From: Octopus bimaculoides | Taxonomy: Eukaryota | Direction of reading: 5' to 3' | Assembly: GCF_001194135.2 (NCBI RefSeq) | Contig: NC_068984.1 | Coordinates: 85,589,073-85,653,072, forward strand | DNA length: 64,000 nucleotides | Shown here: in pieces, positions 1 through 12,146 of the stretch | How the letters are laid out: the number at the start of each line of letters is the position of its first letter | How positions within the stretch are numbered: position 1 is the first letter of the stretch | Translations under genes and position numbers: made by a program | Notes under the pieces: model-generated | What the model saw: the letters and a program-made list of their open reading frames with translations, nothing else | The model's database searches: none | Told to the model about the DNA's origin: nothing

Positions 1-168
1 GACACACATTCTCAATTTTATATATATATATAGATATACATAAAGAATGACTCAAGGTCTGAGAGTTTCATGAGTGCCAATGAACGAGACTCTTGGGCCT
101 TGAGTTACTCTGTTGCTTTTGCTAAATATTAATAATGTGTGTGTGTGTGTATGTATATTGATCATTAG

Positions 169-257
169 CTTTGTGTCTGCTTTTCCATGTTGGTATGACC
201 TGGATGCAAATTTATCAGAACAGTACTTTATCACCAAATTCCTGTCCTATTGCCAAC
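169..257 (+). CDS. Candidate internal coding exon of an unidentified host gene (FVSAFPCWYDLDANLSEQYFITKFLSYCQ)
   Basis: Acceptor attgatcattAG at 167-168, donor GTTAGT at 258. 89 bp, open as 1+29 codons+1. Its phase is compatible with the candidate at 4597. No protein recognised. Confidence 0.2.
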
Positions 258-445
258 GTTAGTTTTCGAGTAAGTGGTATAATTCCACCACTGATCTTCA
301 GAAGCGCAAAGCTACAGCATGTATTGTTTATAGGGAATATAAACATGACATTATTGTTTTGCCCAAGTGGTGTCATGTGAAGACCAGCAGTATGTAGACA
401 TTTGTTTACATTCATGCATTCATATATGTGTGTGTATGGATGGTG

Positions 446-600
446 CAGGTATGGCTGTGTGGTTCAGATGTTTGCTTCCCAACCACTTGATTTCAGGTTG
501 AACCCCACTGCAAGATACTTTGAGTATGTACCTTCCACTATGACCCAGGCTGATCAAAGCTGTGTGAGTCAGTGTGGTAGGCAGAAACTGAAAGACTTCC
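446..600 (+). mobile_element. SINE-A, 5' half (degenerate)
   Basis: Matches head and core of the full copies at 5772 and 54015 (ggctgtgtgg...caaccac...gg.aga.gaaactgaaaga). Confidence 0.75.
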
Positions 601-629
601 ATTGTGTGTGTGTGTTAACATCACTCAGT

Positions 630-840
630 GGTTATAAACAAATATCATTGTCATGCAAGCAGCATCATTTGTTTCCAGGCTTCCATAGAAACCTGTCTGG
701 CTATGGGGAAATATTACCTTGCTTGGAAACAGGTGAGTGCTGGCAATAGGAAGAGCATCTGGCTGTAGCAAATCTACCTCAATGAATTCTGTCTGAACCA
801 TGCAAACATCGAAAAGTGAACATTGAAACAATGAAAATGT
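630..840 (+). mobile_element. SINE-E variant (RTE-type tail)
   Basis: ggggaaatattaccttgcttggaaacagg...ggaagagcatctggctgtag...catgcaaacatcgaaaag. Related segments occur at 3785, 24860 and 39870. Confidence 0.65.
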
Positions 841-1719
841 TCACACAGACACACACATTTTTATATGCAGTAGCAAATCACTTATAGTGTTCGGTAATAA
901 GATACATATCTACTTCACAAAGTACATCATAATTAGTCTTAACAAGATTAATTTTCATTGAAAGTGCTCAAAAATGCTTATATAAATTATGAATTATTCA
1001 GAGCTATGGTGTGCCTGTACTTTTAAAGACTAAAAGAGAAAGAGTCTGCTTCTAATTTACAAACTAAACACTGCATTGCATTTGATCTTGTCTTTGTAGA
1101 TGATCATTAAAGCATAAATGTGGTGTTTATTTTTTTTGGTAGTTTTTGTGTGTGTGTGCATGTGTAAATGTCTGGAGATTTGGTTGTAGGAGGAGTTGAC
1201 TCCATAATAGAACTAAACATAGCATGGTGTGTTAAAACAGTATCATTAAGTTTGTGGCATCCAACTGTAGCATTACAAACCCTCAATTGTACCCCAGCAT
1301 GAAGCTTCTGACCATCCTTTCTGTCTGCCTAATCAAAAATTGTTCTTCACTCAACTGACTTTTGAACAAATTTAGAATATTTGGTTGTAGTCACCAGAAG
1401 CTAATTACCAGCATTCAAACTGTATTTAACACACATACATAGATTCACACATACATACACACACAAACATATGCACATATACAAGTATATATACATGTAC
1501 GCCCGTACTGAAAAAATAAAATTAACATATGACCATGCATGTATAAATGATGATGTGATGTGTGTGTGTGTATATATATATATATAACATATATGTATAT
1601 AATTATTTCTAAATCTCTCTAAAGGACACAAGATTGAGTGTCACATAGCTAGCTAGGGGTGATGGCCTCTTGGAGCTAATCAACCGCAGCATTCATCCTA
1701 TTTTTCTGGACTACCTTGT

Positions 1720-2063
1720 TAGCTTAGCTTGCTTACCAGCCACATGGTTCCGAGTTCAATCACACTGCGTGGCATCTTGGGCAAGTGTCTTCTACTATAA
1801 CCTCGGGCCAACCAAAGCCTTGTGAGTGGATTTGGTAGACGGAAACCGAAAGAAGCCCGTCGTATATATGTATATATATGTGTGTGCATGTGTCTGTGTT
1901 TGTCCCCCTAGCATTGCTTGACAACCGATGTTGGTGTGTTTATGTCCCAGTCACTTAGCGGTTCAGCTAAAGAGACCGATAGAATAAGTCCCGGGGCCGA
2001 TTTGCTCAACTAAAGGCGGTGCTCCAGCATGGCCGCAGTCAAATGACTGAAACAAGTAAAAGA

Positions 2064-2064
<1 letters not shown>
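1720..2064 (+). mobile_element. SINE-A, near full length
   Basis: High identity to 54015-54401. B-box-like gagttcaatc, core cttgggcaagtgtcttctactata, tail gtcaaatgactgaaacaagtaaaagag. Confidence 0.9.

Positions 2065-2099
<35 letters not shown>
2065..2099. repeat. (TA)n microsatellite
   Basis: Direct reading. Confidence 0.95.
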
Positions 2100-2101
<2 letters not shown>

Positions 2102-2490
2102 ACCCAAGTGTCAAACGGAAATATCTGTGAATGTTTACTGCTAACTGGTTTTTATCTGCTACATCCCTAGGGGTATGGGAATGCTGTGGGTTAAGTAAGA
2201 GTGTGTGTGTGTGGTAGACACTAGTGAAAAGGATAATCTATTTAAATAAAGTGTTAAATTCTTTCCCTGCCCCCATGTCCCCTGTGACCCATGCTGTGTT
2301 TTTAAATTATACACTTACTAGTTTCGCTTGATGTAGTATACATACCTGATGCCTAGCATCAACCAGGGAATCAGTCAGCTTCTCATAAAACGTCACATTA
2401 TATTTGCTTGATTACAATCTGTTGTTTAACCCCTTTTAGCCTTTATCCAATTGACTGAAGACCAGAGTCTCTCTAGCCATTGCCATCAGG

Positions 2491-2531
<41 letters not shown>

Positions 2532-2555
2532 TATATACATATATATATATATATA

Positions 2556-2615
2556 CTGGAGCCTGGTGTTGCCATCCGGTTTCACCAGTCCTCAGTCAAA
2601 TCGTCCAACCCATGC
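2556..2615 (+). mobile_element. SINE-E 3' fragment cut by a gap
   Basis: ctggtgttgccatccggtttcaccagtcctcagtcaaatcgtccaacccatgc is identical to the segment inside 26745-26888. Confidence 0.85.
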
Positions 2616-2999
2616 NNNNNNNNNNNNNNNNNNNNNNNNNNNNNNNNNNNNNNNNNNNNNNNNNNNNNNNNNNNNNNNNNNNNNNNNNNNNNNNNNNNNN
2701 NNNNNNNNNNNNNNNNNNNNNNNNNNNNNNNNNNNNNNNNNNNNNNNNNNNNNNNNNNNNNNNNNNNNNNNNNNNNNNNNNNNNNNNNNNNNNNNNNNNN
2801 NNNNNNNNNNNNNNNNNNNNNNNNNNNNNNNNNNNNNNNNNNNNNNNNNNNNNNNNNNNNNNNNNNNNNNNNNNNNNNNNNNNNNNNNNNNNNNNNNNNN
2901 NNNNNNNNNNNNNNNNNNNNNNNNNNNNNNNNNNNNNNNNNNNNNNNNNNNNNNNNNNNNNNNNNNNNNNNNNNNNNNNNNNNNNNNNNNNNNNNNNNN
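2616..2999. other. Assembly gap (384 N), followed by (TA)n
   Basis: Run of N. Confidence 0.99.
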
Positions 3000-3041
<42 letters not shown>

Positions 3042-3242
3042 CTGATGCCTAGTATCTCCCTCAGTTTTATTATTGCTTATATATATATATGTATATATAT
3101 ACACCCACATACACACACATGTGGATGATTTGTTTGACTGATTCTATCAAGGCTGTGTCCTAACATGGTCACACTCCAGTGGCTAAAACAAATAAAAGAT
3201 AAATGATATAATTAACTTAATAATTAATACAAATTTAAAATA

Positions 3243-3430
3243 TTCTTTTCTACTCTAGGCACAAAGCCCAAAATTTTGGGGAGTGGGCCAGTTGATTAGA
3301 TTGACCCCAGAATGCAACTGCTACTTAATTTATCAACCCTGAAAGGATGAAAGGCAAAGTTGACTTTGGCAGAATTTGAACTCCAAACGTACGCCTGGCA
3401 TGCTAACGTTTCTGCCAGCTCGCCGCCTTA
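3243..3430 (-). mobile_element. SINE-B, full length
   Basis: Reverse complement of the head ggcggcgagctggcagaaacgttagc, B-box gagttcaaattc and core ctttgcctttcatcctttcagggttgataaattaagt. Confidence 0.85.
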
Positions 3431-3784
3431 CGAATTTTAAATATTGAAATGCTGCACTGTATATCATGTAATAATGATATTTCAGTCACAGATTTAACTT
3501 TAGATTTTAAGACTTTTATAGAAGTAGTTTCAGGTGGGATGGTGTTATCTGTATTAAAATAATTGTTCATTTAATATTCTTAGTGATGATGCAGCAATAT
3601 TTAGTTTTGACTCACCAGTTAGATGCATATCATTATAATTAACTGTTTCTTCTCTTAGATTGTGTAAACTTGTACACTTACACTTATATTAAGTTTATCA
3701 AGTTAGTTGATACCAATGTGCAATGACAAACCAATATCAGGTGTCAAACAGTAGTGTGGACAAACATAAAGACACATGCACATG

Positions 3785-3950
3785 CATATCATCTTTTCCA
3801 TGTTTGCATGGGATGGGCGAAGTTTATTGAGGTTGATTTTCTACAATTGGATACCTTTCCCGTTGCTAACCCTCACCTTTTCCCAGTCAAGATAATATTT
3901 CCCTATGGCCAGATGTATTCTCGCAGAATATTGGAAATGAATGACACAAA
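3785..3950 (-). mobile_element. SINE-E variant
   Basis: Reverse-strand match to 630-840. Confidence 0.6.
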
Positions 3951-4244
3951 CTGTTTTCAGTTTCGATCTACCAAATTCACTCACAAAGCTTTGGTTAGCT
4001 TGCAGAACCCAGAACCATGTGGTTTGGCAGCAAACTTCTTACCACACAACCACACTTACGTCCACCACATAGCTATGCCTTCTCATATACCTTTATTTTG
4101 AATTTGGCTGATGATGTGTATTGCAATTGAAAGTTAATCTTTGTAAATAATTAATGATAATTGGTTGAAAGAAACTGTTGTAGAAGCAAATTCAAAGATT
4201 CAAGTCTCCAGTGACAACAAAGTGCTGCTAATAGTTTCTAACAT

Positions 4245-4440
4245 AGGCACAAGTCACAAATTCAGTGAAGGAAGGTACATTCAATTGAATTGGGCATACT
4301 ATGTGACTATTACTCTATTTTATCAACCTCAGAATGATGAAAGTCAAAGCCAACCTCAACATCATTTGAACTCAACATAAACGGACATAACTAGATACCA
4401 CTTGGTATCTTACCTGATGCTTTACCAATTCTGTCACTTC
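4245..4440 (-). mobile_element. SINE-B, degenerate
   Basis: ggcacaag...gatgaaagtcaaag...atttgaactc...gatgctttaccaattctgtca. Confidence 0.65.
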
Positions 4441-4596
4441 ACTTTAGTGTTCTAACCATAGCAGCCTCATCATATTGTCTGACCATGGCAATCTCATCAT
4501 ATAGTATGCAGTGTGTGTAGAGGGAGGGTAATCATGGTGTTGGTTGCTATGTTTTACATGCTTGTGTGTTTCTTTTTCGTTTATAAGAATAAACAG

Positions 4597-4660
4597 TTTT
4601 GCTGAAATATTTTAAGGATTTAGAGGGAGGGAGTGACGATGTGAGAGAAATAAGGAGCAA
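4597..4660 (+). CDS. Candidate internal coding exon (L-LLKYFKDLEGGSDDVREIRS-K)
   Basis: Pyrimidine tract tttctttttcgttt, then aaacAG at 4595-96, donor GTTAGA at 4661. The frame is open for about 58 codons and its phases bridge the 169 and 5318 candidates. Splice sites are weak. Confidence 0.2.
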
Positions 4661-5317
4661 GTTAGACAAGCACAAGTTGAGTGTCAACCTTGCTTTCTTA
4701 AACAAACATACACATAAATTTAAATACAGTAACACTAACCTTGCTGTAAAAGTGTTTGGAAATGTCACGTGTTAAGACATTTTCTCTTTTGTCGCAAACC
4801 TGTCTTGTGTCCCAGTTTAACAGTGATGTTGCCCACAGCAGAGCACATTCTCTCTCTCTCTCTCTCTCACTCTCTCTCACACACACACATTGCCATCATG
4901 TCCTACCACACCATACATACTTAGGTTTAAAATACTTTGACATTTATGATTGAAATTATTTCGTTTTAGACTTCTAAATATAAATACATGTGTTTGTGCC
5001 TATATATTTTATTCTTCTGAGACATCAGAGAACTGCGTCATTTATTTGAGTTACTGGGGTCTGTTGTGATAGCAGCAAAGTTTATGTAAATTCTTTAGAC
5101 TAAATTTAGTTCTTCCCTTCGTTTTCTTATTTTTTAATCAGCTTTTAAAAAGATTTTTTTTATTGTATACTTGTTTTTCTGCTAGAGAATTTGGTAAACT
5201 TACAGTAAGTTGCTGAGGAAGCCAGAGAAATGCAGAAATACTTCCAGAGTTGTCTCCCATCCTCTCTGCAAAATATAAGATCACAAGTTACTGACCCTTT
5301 TTATTTTCTCACCATAG

Positions 5318-5380
5318 GAGAATTAAACAGTCTGGAAAGTGGGAAGAAATGGGGAAATTGTATGAAATGAGTTTAGATTG
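5318..5380 (+). CDS. Candidate internal coding exon, TPR helix-B-like (RIKQSGKWEEMGKLYEMSLD)
   Basis: Strong acceptor ctttttattttctcaccatAG, donor GTATGC. 63 bp, symmetric phase 2. The pattern G-x-W-x-x-M-x-x-x-Y-x-x-S-L fits TPR positions 15/17/20/24/27/28. Confidence 0.35.
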
Positions 5381-5544
5381 GTATGCATGTAGATACAGCA
5401 ACTTCTGAGGAACTGGATGGAACCATTGAAGTAGTTGTCGAGGACACTGAAGATACAGCTTAACATGACAAAGATGCTTAGAAGCAGTATAGAATTTGTC
5501 ACGTTTTGATCTGAGTGTAGAGTAAGAAGTTTTGTGTTCTAAAA

Positions 5545-6225
5545 CAGCTGTCCCAACCTTTTTCGCACCATGACCAGTTTCATTCAAGACTATTTTTCCA
5601 TGGATTGGTGGGGGTCACCTGCATGATGAAAAAAGATTTTATCGTTGCATGAAAAAAAAGATGTGACTTAGACAAGTGTGAGAAAGAGGCAAAGGCTCAA
5701 GTGATAATTTTTCAAAATAAAAGATCCTACAGACTGCAAAAATAAATAAAGTTTATTTACGATATGCTATACTCTTTTACTTGTTTCAGTCATTTGACTG
5801 CGGCCATGCTGGAGCACTGCCTTTAGTCGAGCAAATCGCCCCCAGGACTTATTCTTTGGAAGCCTAGTACTTATTCTATCGGTGTCTTTTGCTGAACCGC
5901 TAAGTTACGGGGACGTAAACACACCAGCATCGGTTGTCAAGCGATGTTGGGGGAACAAACACAGACACATACATATATACGACGGGCTTCTTTCAGTTTC
6001 CGTCTACCAAATCCACTCACAAGGCTTTGGTCGGCCCGAGGCTATAGCAGAAGACACTTACCCAAGATGCCACACAGTGGGACTGAACCCGGAACCATGT
6101 GGTTGGTAAGCAAGCTACTTACCACACAGCCACTCCTGCTATAGTAAATAATTTTTTTTGATTTATTCTTTCTGTGCGGCTCATGTACTGGTACTGGTCT
6201 GTGACCCAGTGGTAAAGGACTCCTG
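5545..6225 (+). mobile_element. Non-autonomous hAT (Charlie/MER1-like) element interrupted by SINE-A
   Basis: Left end cagctgtcccaacctttttcgcaccatgaccagtttc, right end ctggtactggtctgtgacccagtggtaaaggactcctg. 8-bp TSD ttctaaaa/ttataaaa (7/8), resembling the Charlie NTCTAGAN target. Confidence 0.75.
5772..6136 (-). mobile_element. SINE-A, full length, young
   Basis: Near identical to 54015-54401. 7-bp TSD tgctata at 5765-5771 and 6137-6143. Confidence 0.95.
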
Positions 6226-7024
6226 TTATAAAATACACCATAAATTACTATTTCACCACAAACATTTCAGTTTTATATGTAGTTTTCCACATCAGTACTG
6301 ATGAGAAAACTTTATCTTATCGTTGGATCCTACTATTAGACACTGGTATGGAATCTATTTTCTGAGAAATAGACATAACAGAGCAGAATAAAATCTTGTT
6401 CAAAATACTGTTGTAAGGTTTAAGTACTTGACTTTCTGGTCAGTGTTGCAGTATCTTTTAGCTCACAACTACTGAGTCACACAAAAAACAATACCAACTG
6501 TACTAATGGAAATAATTACAAGAAATTTGAACTCCAATCTCCTTATTTCTCATTCTATCTTAACACAGTATCTGAGTTTTGATTGTAGGTATAAATAGCC
6601 CTGAGAACTCTTCTGGTATCTTTACTGTGTTCTTCAGAAACCTGAAACAAATTTGGAACCAGCGCCTAGTCATAAATGCTTTTCTTTTCATGTGAAACAA
6701 TGCCAGTCAACAAATAATATTCAATTGGTCTGAAAGGCTACAAATCCAAATATTTATATGAAAAGACTTGGCATTGTTGTGCTGTTAGTTGTTACAAGCT
6801 GATACATTTTGTATGAATTCACCAATCAGTCCTCCGTTGTTGTTTTGTTTTCTTTTCTACCTTTGTAAAGAAATCAAACAGTTAAATGGTTTCTATTTGT
6901 TAATTATGTATGGTCAGGGAGTCTCTGTGCAGCTGTGTATGTAATTCTGCCTTATACTCTTTATACTGTGTGTAACACACTCCTCCTTATTCTCTCAAAT
7001 ACACATATGCATACTTATACCTAC

Positions 7025-7043
7025 ACACAGACACACACACACA

Positions 7044-7074
<31 letters not shown>

Positions 7075-7090
7075 CCTCTGTGTCTGTCTG

Positions 7091-7122
<32 letters not shown>

Positions 7123-7190
7123 CCTCTGTGTCTGTCTGTCTGTCTCTCTCTCTCTCTCCCTCTGTGTCTGTCTCTCTCTCCCTCTCTTTC
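7025..7190. repeat. Compound (CA)n/(TC)n/(TCTG)n microsatellite
   Basis: Direct reading. It explains the spurious ORFs at 6935-7295. Confidence 0.9.
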
Positions 7191-7689
7191 ATAAGAATGA
7201 TTAATTTGAATAGAAGCTGATGAGTGCAGCTCATTTGATATATATATATATATATGAAAGCCAACAGGCAGCTTTTGTTTCTCTGCACTGGCCACTATTC
7301 ACAGTGAAACTTAACCTCACCCTGTTTAATAGCAAGTCACATCAGGCCACCTGTATAAAAATATTCACATTTAAACAAGGAATCTCAAACAAAATCTAAC
7401 ATAAATGTTAAATATGAAATTTCATTTAATCAATCCTGACATAGTATATACCATTTGAGATACTTTACTAAGCATCTCAAAAGTTTTTATTATAATGGAA
7501 ATTAAGTGAAATACATTGGCATTAGAAATGTAGTCAGTCATGAGTAGATTAATGAGCAACAAAGTTGAATCTCCCCCTTCCATGATATACTCATATCTTG
7601 TTTTGTTCTTTTCACTCTCTGTCTGCATATTCACTCAACGATAAGCTGAGAAAATGCCAGGATAGGAGATGCTAAACTCATGTGAGAGC

Positions 7690-7855
7690 TTGTATGTTGT
7701 TTCTCACCTTGCTAGAAATAGCAACCAAATCTCCATCAAATTGAATTCCACTATCTTAATTTTGGATAGTACACGTACAAAGATAATAGTGATGGGTGGA
7801 TCATAGCTTTTGATCATGGATCTGCTTGATAGGATCGACCTGGGGTTAAACACTA
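7690..7855 (+). mobile_element. SINE-D ((AAC)n-tailed retroposon), degenerate
   Basis: gctagaaatagcaaccaaatctcc...gcttttgatcatggatctgcttgataggatcgacctggggttaaaca. Confidence 0.65.
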
Positions 7856-9245
7856 TTAGCACACTTAGACATGTTCAGTGACTTTACAGACTCTGAATTG
7901 TCTTCATTTGAGGGTCCCCTCAGCTTTTTAGTTGTAGGGTAACGTATTGAGGAAATCAATCTTGTTGTCCTTATCTCAGTCAATAAAAGAAATGCTGGTG
8001 GGAAGCTTGCCTTTTGGAAAATAGGAACATATTCTTTAGTTTCTGAATTTCAGTATTTAGCTCTTTAATTTAGTGTTCATATGAATTAAGACACTGAAGC
8101 CATTAATCCAGCATCTATTCATTGTTGTTGTGTGGGCTTTGAGGCAAGGTCTGTTTAGGAGTGGTATGTTGTAGTGGCCCATCCACAATGGGTAACTTAT
8201 GGTACAGTGAAAACTTGGCTTACTGTTGAGATCTTCAGTGGTATGTGAGCAGAGGGAAAGAAAATATAAAGAAATTTATAGCAAGTGTAGAGTGAGCTTC
8301 TGAAGCCATCAAAATTGATACCATTTCTAAAGGGGATAGTGTGGTCAGCTGGTGCATAAAAAGAGGTAAAAAAATTATTTCCTTTTTCTTTTCAACCATA
8401 AAAGGATTTTTAAGAGTGTGTGAGGGGATAGTTTGGACTCCTTTGTTTATTATGAACAGTGAGATTTTATTAAATTTCTTCTCACTTTAAAACTTAGAAA
8501 GTGTACTTATGTGTAGCATTGTGGTTTCTGTTCTTGGTTCTTTAATATCAGGGAAACTTAGGATGGGAACACAAGCCAGTTGTGTGTGTGTGTGTGTGTG
8601 TGTGAGAGAGTGTGTGCATGTGCGTGCGTGTTTGTGTATTTTACATCCTTTCCCTCACCCCACCCAAGGATAGCTTCTTTTTTTTTATTTGGACACTTGC
8701 ATATTGGTTAGAGTAACTATTTTCACAGCTGGATGTCCTTGCCATTAACCAACTCAACCATGAAATGAAGATGCCATCTATTTCTGTCAGCTAATGGCAG
8801 AACATAAAAATGTGGTTTGTCTTTCAGCACTTATTGATAATCTCTAATTGCAGAAAATATAAATCACTTACAGTTTCAAAGGTCACCCTAATTCAAAGTT
8901 GAGAAGAAATTACTATGTCGGATATTAATGCCTTTTTCAAAGGGTCATTTGCAAAACATTAGAAAAGTGAAACAGCTGCAACCTGAACTGGAAACTGGAT
9001 GTCAGGAAGTGTAGGGCTTCAGATGTATAGAGACTTAAAAATGAAGAACATACATGCCTTTCTCAAATATTTAAAAATAGTATTGCTGAAGTAAGATGGA
9101 TGTAACTTCTGAACTGGCTAGTTATCTGTCACCTTCCACCTAGACCCATCTATTACATCTGTCTTTTCTCCTCTCATAACTGCACTTTGAATTGCATCAT
9201 CTCACCGCAAATTACCTTCTGTACCTACCTACCTTTCCTCCCTAG

Positions 9246-9319
9246 AGCATCAGCCATTTGGAATGAGTATTGGTAAGCCTCTTGTGAGCATGCTCAATGA
9301 CTGTCTTCAGTTCCGAATT
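9246..9319 (+). CDS. Candidate internal coding exon (HQPFGMSIGKPLVSMLNDCLQFRI)
   Basis: Acceptor cctacctacctttcctccctAG, donor GTAAGT, open frame 2+24 codons. No protein recognised. Confidence 0.3.
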
Positions 9320-9721
9320 GTAAGTGTTTCACCTCACTTACAATGTCTTGAAAATCACATATCATCATTTTATTACATCCTAGAAACATGGATTTTGTGC
9401 CTGTGTGTAATTCAGTGAAATGATGTGAGTGATGCCTTGTTGTTGGATGAGAGATGTAGTGGGGATTGTAAATCAGCTGTACTGAATGGTAGTATTTGTA
9501 TAGAGTTACATGGTCCAGAAGAGCATCAGTACAAATACGTTTGCTATTCTACTATTTAGCTAGATCATCTCCATAGAAGTTAGAGTTGATAAATTAATCA
9601 TCTCTAATGCAGACATGTTGTCTCTTGACCAGATACAATTTTACTTTATTACCATCCCTGCCTGTCACACAGTAGACCAGGATTCAATTCCTCCTACTAG
9701 GGAGGTCTTTATACTGTCAAG

Positions 9722-10185
9722 GGCAGCAAGGTGGCTGAGTTGTTAGCAAATTGGGCAAAATGCTTAGCAGCATTTCGTCCTTCATTATGTTCTGAGTTCA
9801 AATCCTGCCAAGGTTGATTTACCTTTCATCCTTTCAGGATTGATAAAATAAGTACCAGTTGGTCACTGGGGTTGATTTAATCAACTTATCCCTTCCCCTG
9901 AAATTGCTGGCCTTGTGCCATAATTTGAAACCTCATTATTATCATTATTATTATTAAGCTGGTGAACAAGCAGAATCATCGATGTGCTAAACAAAATGCT
10001 TAATGGTATTTTGCCTATCATTACATTCTGAGTTCAAATTCTGCTGAGGTCAACTTTGCCTTTTATCCTTTTGGGGTTGTTAAATTAAGTACCAGTGAAA
10101 CACTGGGGTTCAGTGTAATCAACTAATCCCCACTCCAAAAATATTTGGGGCTTTGTGCCTTTAGTAGAAATTATTATTATTGTAA
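9722..10185 (+). mobile_element. Two SINE-B copies head-to-tail, separated by (ATT)n
   Basis: Heads near 9722 and 9955. Each has gagttcaaat.ctgc, ctttcatcc, aataagtaccag and an (att)n tail. Confidence 0.85.
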
Positions 10186-10544
10186 TGGCTCCACTTGTTG
10201 GAGGAAGTGAAGTGCTTATAACTCTTTTGTAAGCATCTGTAGGAAAGAGGAAAGAAATTATCCTCAATCTAGAATCCTAGCCCAAATGCTTGCAACAGAA
10301 AGAACTCTGCTAAAGGTATCTTAGTGCCTGGTGGTAGTGTTAAAAAACATATGAAAGATTGCTTTTGTCATCTAAGAACAGGAGCTTCCACTATTGTTTG
10401 TCTGAATTCTTGTGAATGAAATTCAACAATGTAGGGCTATGCTAGAAAACACCCCCAAGTGCTGCTACCCATGCATTTAGTCCTTTCATCAGCAATGTTC
10501 CAGCAGTTTTTAAACATGGGGCATCTAGTGCTATATTTATATAA

Positions 10545-11326
10545 CTTGTTTTGAAGGAGGTTTGAACTATATTTCAGAGAAGCTTGGATTTGGTCATTCA
10601 ACCATTCTTCAACGGCTGCGTGCTATCAGAGAAGTCAGCAAATTGAGTCAATGGGTTCCTCACAAACTTTCTGAGTCTAATCGTGTGCAGAGAATGAATG
10701 TGTGCTCTTCTTTGCTGCCACGTCTCACGAATGAATCTTCTTTGGACTGCATAGTAATTGGTGATGAGAAACAGGTTCTCTATAAAAATGTTAAGCACCA
10801 AAGACAGTGGGTAGGGTAAGGAGAAACACCAGTACCCCAGGCTAAAGAAAGTCTTCACCCACATTGGGTGTTGTTATCTGTTTGGTGGGATATGAAAGGT
10901 TTAGAGTCCACTTTGAACTTTTAAACCCAACCCAAACAATAACAAAGGCAATCTACTGCAAGCAGCTTGAGCGGCTTAGTCCATGTCAGAAGAAAAACGA
11001 CCATCTTTGGTTTCAAGACAAAAGGTGTTCTTCCATCAGGATAATGTTCAGCCATATACAGTGAGGTTGGAGCAGTTTGAATGGGAAATGATGTCCTGCA
11101 CACCATATTCGCCAGACATTGCTCCATCTGATTATCATTAATTCTGCAGTCTTCAAAATCATTTGGACAGATAAAATATGAATTCTGTAGACAAGGTCAG
11201 AACAGTATTGTAGAGGGATTTTTCGTTATAGACAAATGAAGAGTATATTTTAGGTTAAAAAAGAACTTTATCGTAATGTTGAAAAATAAAAGTATGAAAA
11301 GCCACATTATTTATGGGATGATCTGA
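10545..11326 (+). pseudogene. Mariner (DD34D-type) transposase pseudogene, 5'-truncated, with right TIR
   Basis: Motifs WVPHKLS, IVIGDEK, LSVWWD, HQDNVQP and PYSPDIAPSDYH across frameshifts and stops. D-to-D spacing is 29, consistent with a 15-bp deletion. Ends in attatttatgggatgatctga. Confidence 0.9.
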
Positions 11327-12026
11327 TGTGTGTGTGTGTGTATATGTATCTGTGTATATGTGTGTGCGTGCATGTGTATATGCATGTTTATGCGTGTGTG
11401 TGTATATGTATATGCGTGTGTGTGTATACATATATATTTCACCTATTCCTTTTGTTTTGTATATTTTGACTATTTCTGAGAAATGTTTTGGTGACAAGGA
11501 ACTGATTATATAGAAGTGTAGTGTCATTTGAAACTAGAGCTGGCTGCATTGCATTTGTAATATGGTACTGATATACATGTAGAAAGACATGCACACACAC
11601 ACACACACACACACACAACAAATAGCAGGATATAGATTAGTATTTCTTACTCTTTTGTAAGTTCAACACCCCTTTAATGACAAGTCAACACACTTTCTCT
11701 CAGAATTTTTAGTATTGATATTCAAACACAGGCACCATTTAATTTAAATTTCTGGCACTCCTATTAGTACTAGCAACACAGCTTCAGAAACCCTAATGCA
11801 TACACAACACATGCACACACTATGTGGGTGATTTATGTATGCATGTCTACACCAGTCTTCCAGCTACTTATGCACACACGCACACGCACACACACACACA
11901 CACACATGCGATTTATTTTTATGTGAACCTGTGAGTCAACAAGGTCTTAAAAAAATTGTTTGATCTTTCATCACTCACTTTTCCTACCTTTGTCTTTTTG
12001 TCTCGCTATTCCTCTCTCTCTCTCTT

Positions 12027-12060
<34 letters not shown>

Positions 12061-12146
12061 GTTTTGTCAACCAATCTTATACACACACTCAAAACAGTCA
12101 CAAATGTATGTGTATACACGAACACACACACACACACACACACACG

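Noticed and set aside
2451-3128. Long ORFs of 147-225 aa (also 39126-39784 and 28281-28703)
   Set aside because: They are open only because they run through N gaps and (TA)n tracts.
6935-7295. ORFs rich in ER/SL/HT/CV dipeptides (also 23028-23453, 36478-36832, 11255-11527, 32148-32420)
   Set aside because: They are translations of GA/CT/CA microsatellites.
8180-8300. Several possible small exons (KTWLTVEIFS, WYVSRGKENIKKFIASV, VCEQRERKYKEIYSKCR)
   Set aside because: Three mutually exclusive frames are equally plausible, none joins the 5380 donor in phase, and there is no way to discriminate them.
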